Below, piece by piece: positions 12,400 through 24,690 of a DNA stretch of 64,000 nucleotides. Source of the DNA: Hemiscyllium ocellatum (lineage: Eukaryota); assembly GCF_020745735.1 (NCBI RefSeq), contig NC_083410.1:3322117-3386116 (forward strand). Direction: 5' to 3'. Position 1 is the first letter of the stretch. Each line of letters begins with the position of its first letter. The notes below the pieces were generated by a model. That model was not told where the DNA came from, ran no database searches, and saw only the letters and a list, made by a program, of their open reading frames with translations. Position numbers and translations under genes: made by a program.

Positions 12400-13290
12400 A
12401 GAGCCATTATTACACAAGCTACAAACTAACTTAATGTGCCACACAAAATAAAAAAAATCACCAAAACTCACCACTCACTCCTTGGAACTCAATAATCCTA
12501 AACACAACTTTGAATTAGACATTTTGATCCTGACATGAGCCCCCAATTTGATATGAACTAGACCAAACCCCTGAGGAGATGGACCCTAATGTTTACCTTA
12601 TGGAAAAGCAAGTGTGAGATGTTCTGTTCTAGATGTTATTTGTTTGTTTACTCAATGTGTCTCTAAGCAAGAGACACTCAATTCTCTCCTTTCATAGAGT
12701 CATACAGCACAGAAACCCACCCTTCAGTCCAACCGGTCCATTACAAACAATATCCCAAACTAAACTGTTAAAATACAAACATAAGAAAGAAGCATTGGCT
12801 TTACTTTAACTTTATTGAAAGACTTACCTGAATAATAGACTAGTTAACTACTAACTGTAACTGTTCCAATATAATAACATTCCATAAACCCTTGGCAAAT
12901 GCAACATAAAACAAATTGTCTTGCATGCAATTTGAGCAACAGGAAGAGAATCCCAGCCTTTAGCTGTAACAGAGAGACAAATGTTACAGCCTCCACAGCC
13001 AATTTCAAACCCCTAACAACTGCTGAAGGCTAAACTAAAACCCTGGTTCTGTGGGAGCCTGACTCCACCCATCAAGGCTGCTTCTATTATTCTAATTTAA
13101 AAAGCCTAAAGCCTCACAGACTGTTTATTGGCTTGGGAGAAACAACTCACCACCTATGGCTCAAAATCTTTACTCAAAAAAACCAGAACAAAATGCACTG
13201 CTTAAAGGCACAGGATCATCGCAGAATTTTCCCACTAAGACTTGATCCAAAATATTAACCTTGGTGTTACCAAACCATAACGTTGCTAAA
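12400..13290 (-). mobile_element. Gypsy-type LTR with adjacent PBS-like motif and short internal stub
   Basis: The minus strand has aaattgggggctc (plus gagcccccaattt, ~12537-12549). The region resembles the non-coding sequence upstream of the Gypsy gag remnant at ~28170-28900. Confidence 0.5.
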
Positions 13291-16200
13291 ATACCACCCT
13301 CCCCAACCGTGCCCCTGCATAATTAGTTTCTAATTAACCTGTTCTGAAATGTTATTCCACACTTCTGGAGCAGGTGGGACTTGAACCCAGGCCACTTGAT
13401 ACAGAGGGTGGGACACTACCACTTTTCCACAAGAGCCCAATGTGTTGCTCTTTCATGGGTTTCATTTTTTATCAGACTATATTAATGTGAAACAATCCCT
13501 TAAGGGGCATTGTAATTGAATCCTCACTGAAACTTATAAACTTTAGATTGAGACCTGACAGTGAGAAATGTCTCATTATGTTCTTTTGAAAATGAAGTAA
13601 ATCAGTATTAGCCTCTTGAAGGTGCATGCTAACACAGGTGATATGTTCAAAGAAGACTGGAATTGAACCCCAGCAGATGTTGGGGATAGGGTGGAGAAGG
13701 AGATAATGTACACCAACCCTCACCACAACTACTGGACACAACCTCAATCATGCCAGAGGACACCTTGTGTTTCTTTTCCTGGGATTCCTGGGCACAGATA
13801 AACCATGGAAGAGAGACAGATGGGAGTAACAGCTACTTACTGGATCTATTAATACCCACTGTGGGCAGATCAAGGAGGACAGTCATCAGGAGATCCTCAG
13901 ATCTTCCCACACTCCTCCTCACTGAGTGCCCAAATACTGAGGCTGAGGTGCAATTTCAAAGCAGCCCTCTCAAATGATTGAATGAGCGTCTGCTATGTCC
14001 CTTGTACACTGGGAGCATGTGTTCCTCAAGGCACTGGGAGCCACTTGCAAGGTGGGAGTCTGTGAATTACAGTTATTGTCTTCTGAGAGGAGCTGCTGTG
14101 TGAAACAACCTCACACCAGAGCTCCGATGGAGAATTTCCATGTACGGAGACTCCTGGCAGGGACTGCCCAGCTCCGAGAATGCCATGCTTGCTTGGATGG
14201 TCAATGACAGTGAGGGATTGGAGGCTGTGCAAGAAATTCCATGCAATTGAGCCTCTCCATGCACTGTGAAGTGGCTCAGTGTGTAAATCCAGGAAATGAT
14301 TTCCAACTGGGAAACGTAGGTTCACAAGGGAGGATTCAGGGTCAAGGGTCTTTTTATAGGAACTCCCAGAATTGTTTTATTCACTCATGGAATGTGGCTG
14401 TCACTGGCTGGGCCTGTCCCTAATTACCCTTGAGAAGGTGGTGCTGAGCTGCCTTCTTGAACCACTGCAGTCTATCCAATCAATAACCTCTACCTAAATT
14501 CACTTAATGTCAATAGACACAAATATCTAATAATGACGTGATCTTAACACACTGTTTTTATGCCAAGTTTGCAGTAATAATTTGTCTAACGCCTTTCTTA
14601 AAAAAAATGAAAGAAATCTGAAAAAAATGTTTCAATATTAAGCTTTGAAATAATTAGTAAATGGGTTTTATTGATCATCCTACAATTATTTATTAATCTT
14701 ACAATAAACATCTTAAACACAAGCAAAGAATATGCAAATAATTGGCATTAATTGATGGCTGAATAAGATAGCTTCTAAAGGCATCTCAGTTACATCATAG
14801 TAACTCTGAATTAATATCCTGCTGATTATAACTTTACAGCTGATATCACTGTCAAAAATGGATATAAATGATTAAATCAATTTTGGATTAGAAATAATGA
14901 AGATTTGCATTTATATAATGCCTTTCTTACCAACGGATGTCCAAAACTATTTGGCAGCCTCTGAAATATATTAACAGTGTTTCTCCTGTTGTCAGGCAGA
15001 ACATTATAATTATTGTCTCTGGAGATCATAGCCAGAAACAGCACAGAATATGAACACTTACCCCATAGAATCTTCATGGTCCTCTAATAGATGCACTCAA
15101 TTAATTACACTTTCTGCTTTGTCCAACAACCCTGTAAATTTCTCCGTCCAGAGAAAGTTATCTTTGAATGTGCTTTTCAATAGGCAGTATTGATCAGATC
15201 ACAGCAACCCATAATCCCCACCTCACTCCTTTGACCAGTTATATTAAGTCTACTCACAGCCCTTTCTCCTAATTTATTCATCCATCAAAACTATTTGACA
15301 AAGTCAATCTCTTTGTAAACTTCTGAGGGAAACATATCCAGCTTCCTCAGGCACTTCATTGTAAAAGTCTCATCCCTGATCTCATTTTAGTGATCCTCCT
15401 CTGCACCATCTCCATGGCCTTAATGTTGATTGTGAGTGTGACAACTTGGGATGAACTTAATCCTGTATACAGGGACTACTGCCCTGCCTTCGCCACCCCT
15501 TCCTCCCCTCCCATCCTTAACACCCAAATTTTATATCTCTGTGTATGTCTGTGTCTATCAGTGTGTGCATAATGGGGAGTTTGTAAAGGGTTTAGAGTTT
15601 TGACTCGTGGAATTATACACTTACTGTTTACTAGTAACTAGAGTCTAACTATTAACATAAACCTGCTCTGTGCTCTCTGACAACCTGAGTCGAAGAGTGA
15701 GGTAAAATGGGGAACCCTTGTATTTTTTGAAAAAATCTTTAACGTTTGTGATGACTCTGGAAATAACTGAATTTAATTTCCAGCGTAATGCCCCAGTGAG
15801 CAGTAACAGTTTGTCCTCTTCACTGTTTACTACCTTTCCAAGTTGTGTGCCATCCACACATTTAGAATGAACCTTCCGTATAACCAAGTCTAATAGATAT
15901 CCAAAAAGGCAGTGATCCAATTAGCTGAACAATTGATGGCCTTAATAAGTCCGTCTATTAAATATGTTGGAATTTAGGTACTTGTGTTTAGGACAAGTTA
16001 AAACATCAAGTTTATGCACTTGTCTGGACTGGGCTGGGCTGGAGCTCTCCAACTGCAGGTCATGACCCCAGTCCAAGAGGTTTTTGATGTCAGTGACCAT
16101 GGACAGCAGCTTCTCTGAGGTCCATATGGTCCAATGGTGCGCATGCTGCATTTACTTCCCTCCCCCTTGCCTCATAGCCCGTGGTCAGGTCGCTCCATTG

Positions 16201-16559
16201 GGAATGCAGTTTGGAGGTCTGGTAAGTGGGGGGAGGGAAGGGTTAGGTTGCGATAAGAGGGTCGTGCCAGGATGTAGCCCCTGTTCGTGCAACAAAGAGT
16301 TTGTGAAAAGGGAGGACCCAGTGTCCATTAGCATCATCCTGGCATTTAGGAAGAGGTGTACACGGTTGGGGAGGGGAGTGTGGGTGGGTGGTGGCGGGTG
16401 TGCTGGAGTGCATTAACTCACACTCCAAAATCATTTTAAATTCATACCTCCTGCTTTCCCAACATTGTATTTTTTTTTATTGTTTGCATTGGTGAGCAGT
16501 GTTTGTTAATTGTTACTCACTTAGTTGTTTAATGAGTAGAAGTTTTGATTCTCTTATGA

Positions 16560-17260
16560 GATATGGGTGTCACTGGCTGGGTCCAACATTTATTACCTAT
16601 CCCTAGTTGCCCCTTGAGAAAGTGGGGATGAGTTGCCTTGTTGAACCGCTACTGTTCATGTGCTGTGGGTTGACCTACAATGCCTTTAGGGAGGGAATTC
16701 CAGGATTCTGACCCAGCAACACTGAAGGAACAGCAATATATTTCCAAGCCAGGATGTAAGGGGCTCAGAGGGGAACTTGAAGGGGGTGGTGTTCCCATGG
16801 ATCTGTTGCCCTTGTCCTTCAAGAAGTGGATGTGAGTTCGGAAGGTGCTGTCCAAATATCTTTGGTGAATTTCTGGAGTCCATCTTGTAGGTAGAACACA
16901 TTGCTGCTACTGAGCATTGGTGGTGAAGAGAGTGGATATTTGTGGATGTGGTGCCAATCAAGTGGCTACTTTTTCCTGGATAGTGTCAAGTTTCTAAAGT
17001 GTTGTTGGAGCTGCACCCATCCAGGGAAGTGGGGAATATTCCATCACACTCCTGACTTGTGCCTTGTAGATGATGGATAGACCTTTGGAAGTTAGGAAGT
17101 GAGTTAATCTCCACAATATTCCTAACCTCTGATCTGCTTTTGTAGCCATTGTGTTTATGTGGTGAGTGTAATTGAGTTTCTGGTCAATGGTAAACCTCAG
17201 GGTGTTTATAGTGGGGGATTCAGTGATGATAACACCAGTGATGATGTTATCAGTGGATAA
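16560..17260 (-). mobile_element. LINE 3' fragment (CR1/L2 group)
   Basis: ORF 16994-17290: TIDQKLNYTHHINTMATKADQRLGILWRLTHFL...IYKAQVRSVMEYSPLPWMGAAPTTL. Confidence 0.8.
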
Positions 17261-17631
17261 AAGAAAACTGTTCAATAAATAAAGAACCACTGATAATCAG
17301 ACAGCTGGAAAGATCAAGTCAAACCGCAATCAATGAGATTGTCTCTGAGATAGAGGCACCACTGGGACAGGGTTCTGGAAATGGGTTGGTTAAGGATGGG
17401 GCAGTCTTTATTGTGAGATTATTAGAGAGAACAGAGGGTGTGGTGTGATAGCAGAATATAATCATACTTTTAACATCTTATTAAAATTACACTGAAAGGT
17501 GTAAACAAACAGCAATTAGTTTTTTTCTGAATTCTTGTTTTTCCTAACAGAAGAGGTTTTATTAAGTGTCAATATTCCAGTTTTCACCCTGTGTTTGATG
17601 ATTTATAAATGATATTTCTTTCCCCCAACAG

Positions 17632-17967
17632 CAGAGAGACCAGTTCTGCTCCAGTCTCCAGCAGTACACAGTGTGATACAGGGTAGCTCTGTCAGATTCC
17701 AGTGTCGCCTGGAGAATGCCAATGTCAGCAAACTCATTGTTACTTGGTTCAAGCAAGGATCCAGCAGACAGGAGCTGCTAACATCCGATTCACACAACAA
17801 TGTCCACCGTAACAAAGGAGTGACAGCACGCTTCCAACCTTCCAGGGATGTCTCCAATAACAGCTACATCCTGACCATCACAAACGTGCAACTCAGTGAC
17901 AATGCTGTCTATGTTTGTAGTGTGCAGGGATCGATCTACGGGGAAGGAACCCAGCTGAATGTAACCA
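17632..17967 (+). CDS. Intact germline-joined VJ-type Ig/TCR-like variable-domain exon
   Basis: Acceptor tttctttcccccaacag| and donor |gtaagt; 336 nt, phase 1-1, no stops. Reads ERPVLLQSPAVHSVIQGSSVRFQCRLENANVSKLIVTWFKQGSSRQELLTSDSHNNVHRNKGVTARFQPSRDVSNNSYILTITNVQLSDNAVYVCSVQGSIYGEGTQLNVT. It has the canonical Cys, Trp, D-x-A-x-Y-x-C and J-like YGEGTQLNV in one exon, with no RSS seen. Confidence 0.93.
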
Positions 17968-18239
17968 GTAAGTAAATATTCGATCCCACTGGCAGGCTCA
18001 CAGCGACAGCACGATCACAAGCCTCAGACCAATGAGCAAGGGAAGGGTGTGGTGGGGCTGGGATAAGGTGACAGGAGGGGGAGATGAAAACCCCTGCAAG
18101 GAACTGCTTCAGGTTGGAGTTACAGCTGGTGCCAGCACAGAGAATAAAAGAAAAGTCACCATCATCTTAGACCATAGGGCTGCAGTAACTCCAGGTTACT
18201 GAGGGAAGCGAGAGAGGAAATAACTGGGGCTTTAACAGA

Positions 18240-19960
18240 TATCTTTGCAGCATCCATGAACACAGTGAGGTCCTGGAGAACTGGAGAATTAATAATGTTA
18301 TCCCCTTGTAGAAGGGTAGCTGGGATGATCCAGGTAATTACAGACCAGTGAGCCTGATGTTAGTGGTAGGGAAGCTACTGGAGAAGGTACTGAGAGATAG
18401 GATCTTTTAGGTAAAAACAATGACTGCAGATGCTGGAAACCAGAGTCTAGATTAGAGTGGTGCTGGAAAAGCACAGCAGTTCAGGCAGCATCCGAGGAGC
18501 AGTAAAATCGACGTTTCGGACAAAAGCCCTTCATCAGGAATACAGCTATATTCCTGGTGAAGGACTTTTGCCTGAAACGTCGATTTTACTGCTCCTTGGA
18601 TGCTGCCTGAACTGCTGTGCTTTTCCAGCACCACTCTAATCTAGACAGAGGATAGGATCTTTTGCCATTTGAAAGAAAATGGGCTTATCAGTAATGAACA
18701 GAATGGCTTTGTGCAGGGAAGGTCATGTCTTGCCAACTTGAATAGAACTCTTTGAGGAGGTGACAAAGTTTATTGATGAGGGAAAGGCTGTAGTTGTCAT
18801 ATACATGGACTTGAGCAAGGCATTTGATAAGGGTCCCCATGGTGGGCTAATGAAGAAAGTACGTTGCACAGGGTCCAGGGTGTTCTCACTAGATGAATAG
18901 AGAACTGGCTGGAAAAAAGGAGACAGAGAGTGGTAATGGAAGGGAGTTTCTCAAAATGAAGACCTGTGATCAGTGGTGTTCCACAGGGACCCGTGCTGGG
19001 ACCACTGTTGTTTGTGATATCTGCCATTTCTCTGCCCAATTTTCCAATCTGTCTATATTCTCTGACAGTCCCCCTCACTATTTGCTACTCCACCCACCTT
19101 CATGTCATCTGCAAACTTGCTAATCAGGCAACTGATACCTTCCTCCAGATCATTTTTGTATGTATATATAATATATATATATTTATGATTTGGAGGAAGG
19201 TATTGTTTGCCATGATTAGTAAGTTTGCAGATAACACAAAGATAGATTAGAGAGTTGGGCAGAGAAATGGCAGATGGAGTTCAGTCCAGCAAATACGAGG
19301 TGATACATTTTGGAACATCCAATTCAGGACTTCTCCACTTATACATTTATACATGCTTTCCTTCATTGGACAGGGTATTGAGTACAAGAATTAGCTGGTC
19401 ATGTTACAGTTGTATAAGACTTTGGTTCGGCCACATTTGGAACACTGCATAGAGTTCTGGTCACCACATTACCAAAAGGATGTGGATGCTTTGGAGAGGG
19501 TGCAGAGGAGGTTCACCAGGATGTTGCCTGGTATGGACGGTGGTAGCTATAAGAGAGATTGAATAGATCGGGATTTTTTTCATTAGAAAGATGGAGGTTT
19601 GTTGGGGGTGGGTGGGGGCTGATTAATGTCTACAAAACCATGAGAGGTATAGACAGGATGGATAGCAAGAACCTTTTTCCCAGAGTGGGGGGACTCAGTT
19701 ACTAGGGGTCACGAGTTCAAAGTGAGAGGGGAAAGGTTTTAGAGGAGAGGAGATAGGCGCGGAAAGATCTTTAAGTTAAGGATGTGGGAGCCTGGAACAC
19801 ATTGCCAATGGAAGTGGTAGAGGCGAGAATGATAGTGTTATTTAAGATGTATCTGGACAGATACATGAATGGGCAAAGAGCAGAGGGTTACAGATCTTTA
19901 AAAAAGAGGTGGCATGTTTAGATAGAGAATCTGGATTGGCACAGGCTTGGAGTGTCAAAG
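18240..19960 (+). mobile_element. Patchwork of old CR1 RT fragments, with a pLTR hairpin inserted
   Basis: Broken frames include NYRPVSL, GFVQGRSCLANL, SGVPQGPVLGPLLF, ISKFADNTK, LYKTLVRPHLE. Confidence 0.8.
18445..18646. mobile_element. Inverted pair of Penelope-type pLTRs (~98 bp arms), each with a hammerhead-like core; 13-bp TSD
   Basis: Arms 18445-18542 and 18549-18646 are near-perfect reverse complements. TSD gataggatctttt lies at 18396-18408 and 18651-18663. Confidence 0.85.
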
Positions 19961-20887
19961 GACCTGTTCATGTACTATAACTCTCTTTGTTCTTTCTTTG
20001 TACTCTCACCGAGAGGGAGAGAACTGGTGGTGGTTTAACCTGAGGGTCATCACACCTCAGGTCAGGGGAAAGGTTGAGAAGGACAGTGAAGGAGAAGGAG
20101 GTCTACAATCGATTAGAGACCAAAACAGGGTTGTACAGGTGGAGGCAGGGAGCATTGTTGAAGTGTTAAATGATCAATTTTTACCTGTCCTTACCAAAAC
20201 CAGGAGGATGCCGCATAGATTATAGTGACGGAGGAGGCAATATGACATGAGAAGGGACCAAAATTGATCAGGAAGATGTCTTGGATAGATTTTTAAAGTT
20301 GACAAGACACAGGCACCAGGTGAGATGCATCCAAGGATTTAGGAGGAAGTGAGAGGTGAGTGTGCAAGGTCACTGGTCGCAATCTTTCAGAGGTGCCAGA
20401 AACATGGAGAATTGTAAAGCTCATGTTCTTGTTCAGACAAGGCTATGAAGATGATTGCAGCAATTACAGCCCAGTCTGTTTCACTGCTAAGGTTCAGAAA
20501 CATTTCCTGCAGAGAAATGGTTCTGAAACCAATGAACGGAAGTGTTTTGGTTAAGTGTAGACCACATTGTCAGTGAATATCAGCCAAGTAAACCACACAG
20601 AGATTGGGAGGGAAGGGGAAATGAAACAGCCGATATACATTTGGTTTCCCTCATGTTGCTTTTTTTTATCTGTATAGGTATCACACTTTGTGTAAATGGT
20701 GAAACTGTGAGAAAACTTCACTCAAATTGCATCAACAATACACACGGCACTGGGGAGATGTCACTGGGCTGGTCATTCAGACTTGCCACGCTAATGCTTG
20801 ATTCCAATAATGGCAAAATGCAAACCAAGAAACCAAACTGGACTTACCACATAAACACAATGGTCACATGAGCAGATTAGAGGCTAG

Positions 20888-21642
20888 TGTTATGACACGG
20901 TGATGAATCCTTCTGCTAATTAAAACCAAACACTCAGAAGAGCTCACCTCGTCTCGTAATATGTTAAAGTATGAGTGACAGAGAACTCCCAACTTCGACT
21001 ATTTAAAGAAAAGGTATCAATTTATTTATTAACTCTAAAATGAACATTAAATGACAACTGTTTACAACTCTCTGCCTCCTTTCTCTTAAGGATTTGTTAT
21101 CAATTTCTGACTCAAAAACAATGTACTGATCCAATAAAAGCCCCTATTAAAATTACATCAACTTAATTTTCAAAACCACCCAGCGGCTGTCGTCACCGGT
21201 GTCAGTCTTCTTTCAGCTGTAGCTCTCCCTGGGCCATTTCCGGTCTGTTGCTGCAAAGATGTTTCATATGAAAAAGGTACCTTTACCTTTGATAGAGAGA
21301 GTTTTGTTACTAGTTACTCTGATTTTAGCAGTTGGTTGCTCTGTTTGGCTAACTCTCAAAGTGCCCACTTCTTTATACCCCAAACATCAGATTGTCTCAT
21401 TGGTTCGAGGTTGACAAAAGCAATAAATTCAAATTACATTGGGTTTTAATATCCTGGGGCATATTCAAACTGATTGATTAAATTTGAACTGTTGTAAAAA
21501 CAGCTAAATGTTGCATATTTTCAATTTTCCAGTTCACTCTGAGTCTGTTAGTCAATCACATGACTGGTGCCTCCTAGCTGTCAGTGCAAAACAGCTTTTT
21601 CTATCTCTTAAACATACAGTAAATGCTTTCAACCTCATAACA
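20888..21642. mobile_element. Solo LTR (755 bp) inserted in a LINE fragment
   Basis: Termini TGTTATGA...TCATAACA form a perfect 8-bp inverted repeat (TG...CA). The flanks rejoin into the CR1/L2-group LINE fragment. Candidate TSD ctag/cttg is imperfect. Confidence 0.75.
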
Positions 21643-22603
21643 CTTGGAGTACTTCAGTAAGTAACTCACTTCCTGACTCCCAAAAGCCTGTTCACCATTT
21701 ACAATGCACAATTCAGGAGTGTAATGGAAAACTCCCCACTTGCTCGGATGGGTGCAGGTCCATCAACATTAAAGAAACTTGACACCATCAGGGACAAAAC
21801 AATCCACTTGATTGGCACCACATCCAGAAGCATCCATTCCCTCTACTACCAATGCTCAGAAACAACAGTGTGTTCTATCTTCAAGATGCACTGCAGAAAG
21901 TCACCAAGAAATTCTGATTCACCTCCTTCCAAACCCACAATGAATTCTATCTAGCAGGACAAGGGTGAGAGATATATGGAACACCACACCCTGAAAGTTC
22001 CAGGTGGACTGAGAATATACTGACAAAAAGTGTCCTCCCGAAGCTATTTATGAAATCCCTTCATTTCCTTTTCCTTTAATCCAAAACTATTCTAATCATT
22101 ATTTGGGTAGCTAAAGTTCCTGGTTGTCGCTGTTCCATAATTATTTTATATCTCTGCAATATCTTTGGAGATTTGCTTTTCTCTCTCTCTTGTGATCATC
22201 TCCTGTTTGCTACTCATCACCATTTCACCCTCAAAAAACCTGCTCAATGTTTCCATCTCCCCCATCGCTGCACTGTTTCCCTCCACCTCCTCCAATCATC
22301 ACAAGGCTGTTCCCACTTTCTCCAAATGTCCAACATGAGGATACAGTAAAGATGAAACATCCCCTAAATCTCAGCAAACAGCCACACTGTACTAACCCTC
22401 ATAGAGACCCCCAAGGCTACACTGAGAGTGGGGAAACTTTGGGGAATGACCGAACCTGAGGTGACCTTCCTCCCCGCAGTGAATCCATCCCTGAGATCAC
22501 TCTCCATCACTTCCTCAATCATCTTGATTACAAACTGATTTCCAATTCATTCATTGGGCAAGAGGTTATTGTTGGAGGAAATTGCCTCATAAATTCTACT
22601 TAC

Positions 22604-22955
22604 TGTCAACAATGAGCAGGTTTCCTCTCCCATAGATCTTTCCCCAGACTGAGCAGTAATAGACCCCAGTGTCATTGGGCTGGACGTTTGTGATGGTCAG
22701 AATGAAGCTGTTATGGAGGGTTCTCTGGAAAGCTGGGATTGGTCAGTGAATCCTGAGTGCCATTGCACAGAATTCCATTTGCAATGTTCCAAAATCCACT
22801 CCTTTTGATGTCCTGGTTGCTCCTAGTCCCAGTGAATGTTGGTGTCCGTCACTGCAGCGTTCTTCATGGTGCACTGTAACCGAGCAGTGTGACCCTCGGT
22901 GACCCAGAATGACCCTCCAGGCTCAGAGACTGGAGAAGGACTGGGGGATTTGCAC
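22604..22955 (-). pseudogene. Germline-joined VJ exon, pseudogene
   Basis: Acceptor ttcaaag| and donor |gtaagt are intact. Repaired reading: ANPPVLLQSLSLE..VTEGHTARLQCTMKNAAVTDTNIHWD*EQPGHQKEWILEHCKWNSVQWHSGFTD..HNSFILTITNVQPNDTGVYYCSVWGKIYGRGNLLIVD. There is a TAG at 22823-22825 and two frameshifts. Confidence 0.88.
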
Positions 22956-24519
22956 CTTTGAAGTAAAAAATACTAATAAACGAACAGCAGTCTGATTGTT
23001 CTAAACTCCTGCTAGGATTTAAAAGGACCCTCCCTGCAATCTCAATCCTACATTAAGGAGGAGGAACAGGTTGTCAGACTGAACCAGTTGTGATGGTTTG
23101 TTCCTGATTGATATCCTGACTATCAGTCACTATGTGCTGGGAACAGCAATACAGATGTTGCTATAATAGTGACATGTTGAGCTCAAACTGTCGAACTGCT
23201 GTCTGACACAAGCTAACTCGCACACATTGCAATCCTCTTCCCTGGATGATTCATAGTGGGAGAGGCTTCTTGATAATCACAGCAGATGTGAGGATTGGAA
23301 CTGGGAAGGGTCTGCTGCATTAGAAAAGGCAGCCAGGAAGCATTTAAAGGGGAAGGATTTCCCCAAAGATCAACAGATGTACAGCCTCTCCAGCCTCAGC
23401 AATCTGAGGCCTCTCTACAGGTAAGGGTCCTGGGGGTCAGACTGGGGGGAAATGGGGAGTCTCTCCCTCCATTCCCTGGATACTGGCTCTTAGAGTAGAG
23501 TAGCTTTTTTATTTGTCATTTCTACCATATACAATTGATACAGCAAAAATGAGACAGTGTTCCTCCAGGACCGAGGGTGCTACAGGGACAGCACAAACTA
23601 CACACTTGTACACGGCATAAAGTGCATAAGAAGTGCAAAACAGGCAAGTTACAGTGTTATAGAAGAATGATAAATAATAGACATTTTTTGAGCAGCTATT
23701 CAAAGTTGTGCAATGAATTTCAGATGGAATACAGCGTGATCATACTGTGTTAAGGAGCCTGAAGGCTTGGGGGAAGAAACTGTTGCACAGTCTGGCCATG
23801 AGAGACAGAATGCTCCAGTATCTTCTGCCAGATGGCAGTAGGAAGAAGAGTTTGAGTGAGGGGTGTCTGGGATCTTCCACAATGCTCTTAGCCTTTCGGA
23901 TGTAATGTGTGGCGTAAATGGTGGAGAATCTTTACCGTAATATTTAATTGTTCTATGTTTAATTATGTGGTTCTGTTTACAATAAATGTCACTCTCATTG
24001 GTTAAATCTAGGTGGGGCACTGGGGTAAAGTGAACAAACCAGAAAGATCTGGAAACGGGCATTAAAAGATGAAGCAGACATTTTTAGGCACTAACCAGTT
24101 GAAGGAGGTGACATCCCTGCACAATTCCATTGTATAAGATATACAACAAAGTGACTCTGAGAATAACAGAGAGAGGTTTAAATTGGCAGACTCCTGGATA
24201 TCTTCTTCCTTCACGATTGTGGATTGTGGATTCTGAGAATGAGGACCTGCTCACTCCAGTGATAGATGATCCACATGTAACAGTGATCTGTCACAAGGTG
24301 ATTCTCACCCATTGTCTTAAAGCAGAGGATCAGTGAATATTTGAGGAAATCGCAGGAGCTACATAGATTCATAGTCATACAGCACAGAAACAGATCCTTC
24401 AGTCCAACTCATCCATGCTGACTGAGATTCCCAAAGTAAACTCATCTCACTTGCCTGAGTTTGACCCATATCCTTCCAACCTTACTGAAAACTGAACATT
24501 CTGTGGATGCTATTAATCA

Positions 24520-24690
24520 GAAACAAAACAGAAATTGCTGGAAAAGCTCAGCAGGTCTGGCAGCATCTGTCAAGTGAAATTAGAGTTATGTTTCTTTCTG
24601 AGGAAGGGTGACTCATCCCGAAACGCTAACTCTGATTTCTCTCCACTGTTGCTGCCAGACCTGCTGAGTGTTTCCAGCAATTTCTATTTT
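24520..24690. mobile_element. Inverted pair of pLTR-type repeats (second subfamily)
   Basis: agaaattgctggaaaagctcagcaggtctggcagc ... gctgccagacctgctgagtgtttccagcaatttct flank a degenerate ctgagga...gaaacg core. Confidence 0.6.

Noticed and set aside
13745-13800. HLVFLFLGFLGT as the leader of the intact VJ exon
   Set aside because: No in-frame ATG and the would-be donor is ataaac, not GT.
14026-14325. Minus ORF with WCEVVSHSS as a C1 domain
   Set aside because: No B-strand cysteine or FxP motif and no fitting splice sites.
20542-20871. ORF with hydrophobic LVSLMLLFFICIGITLC as the TM exon of the + strand VJ
   Set aside because: The hydrophobic run is a T-rich tract, the ORF runs into LINE sequence, and there is no acceptor in a suitable position upstream.
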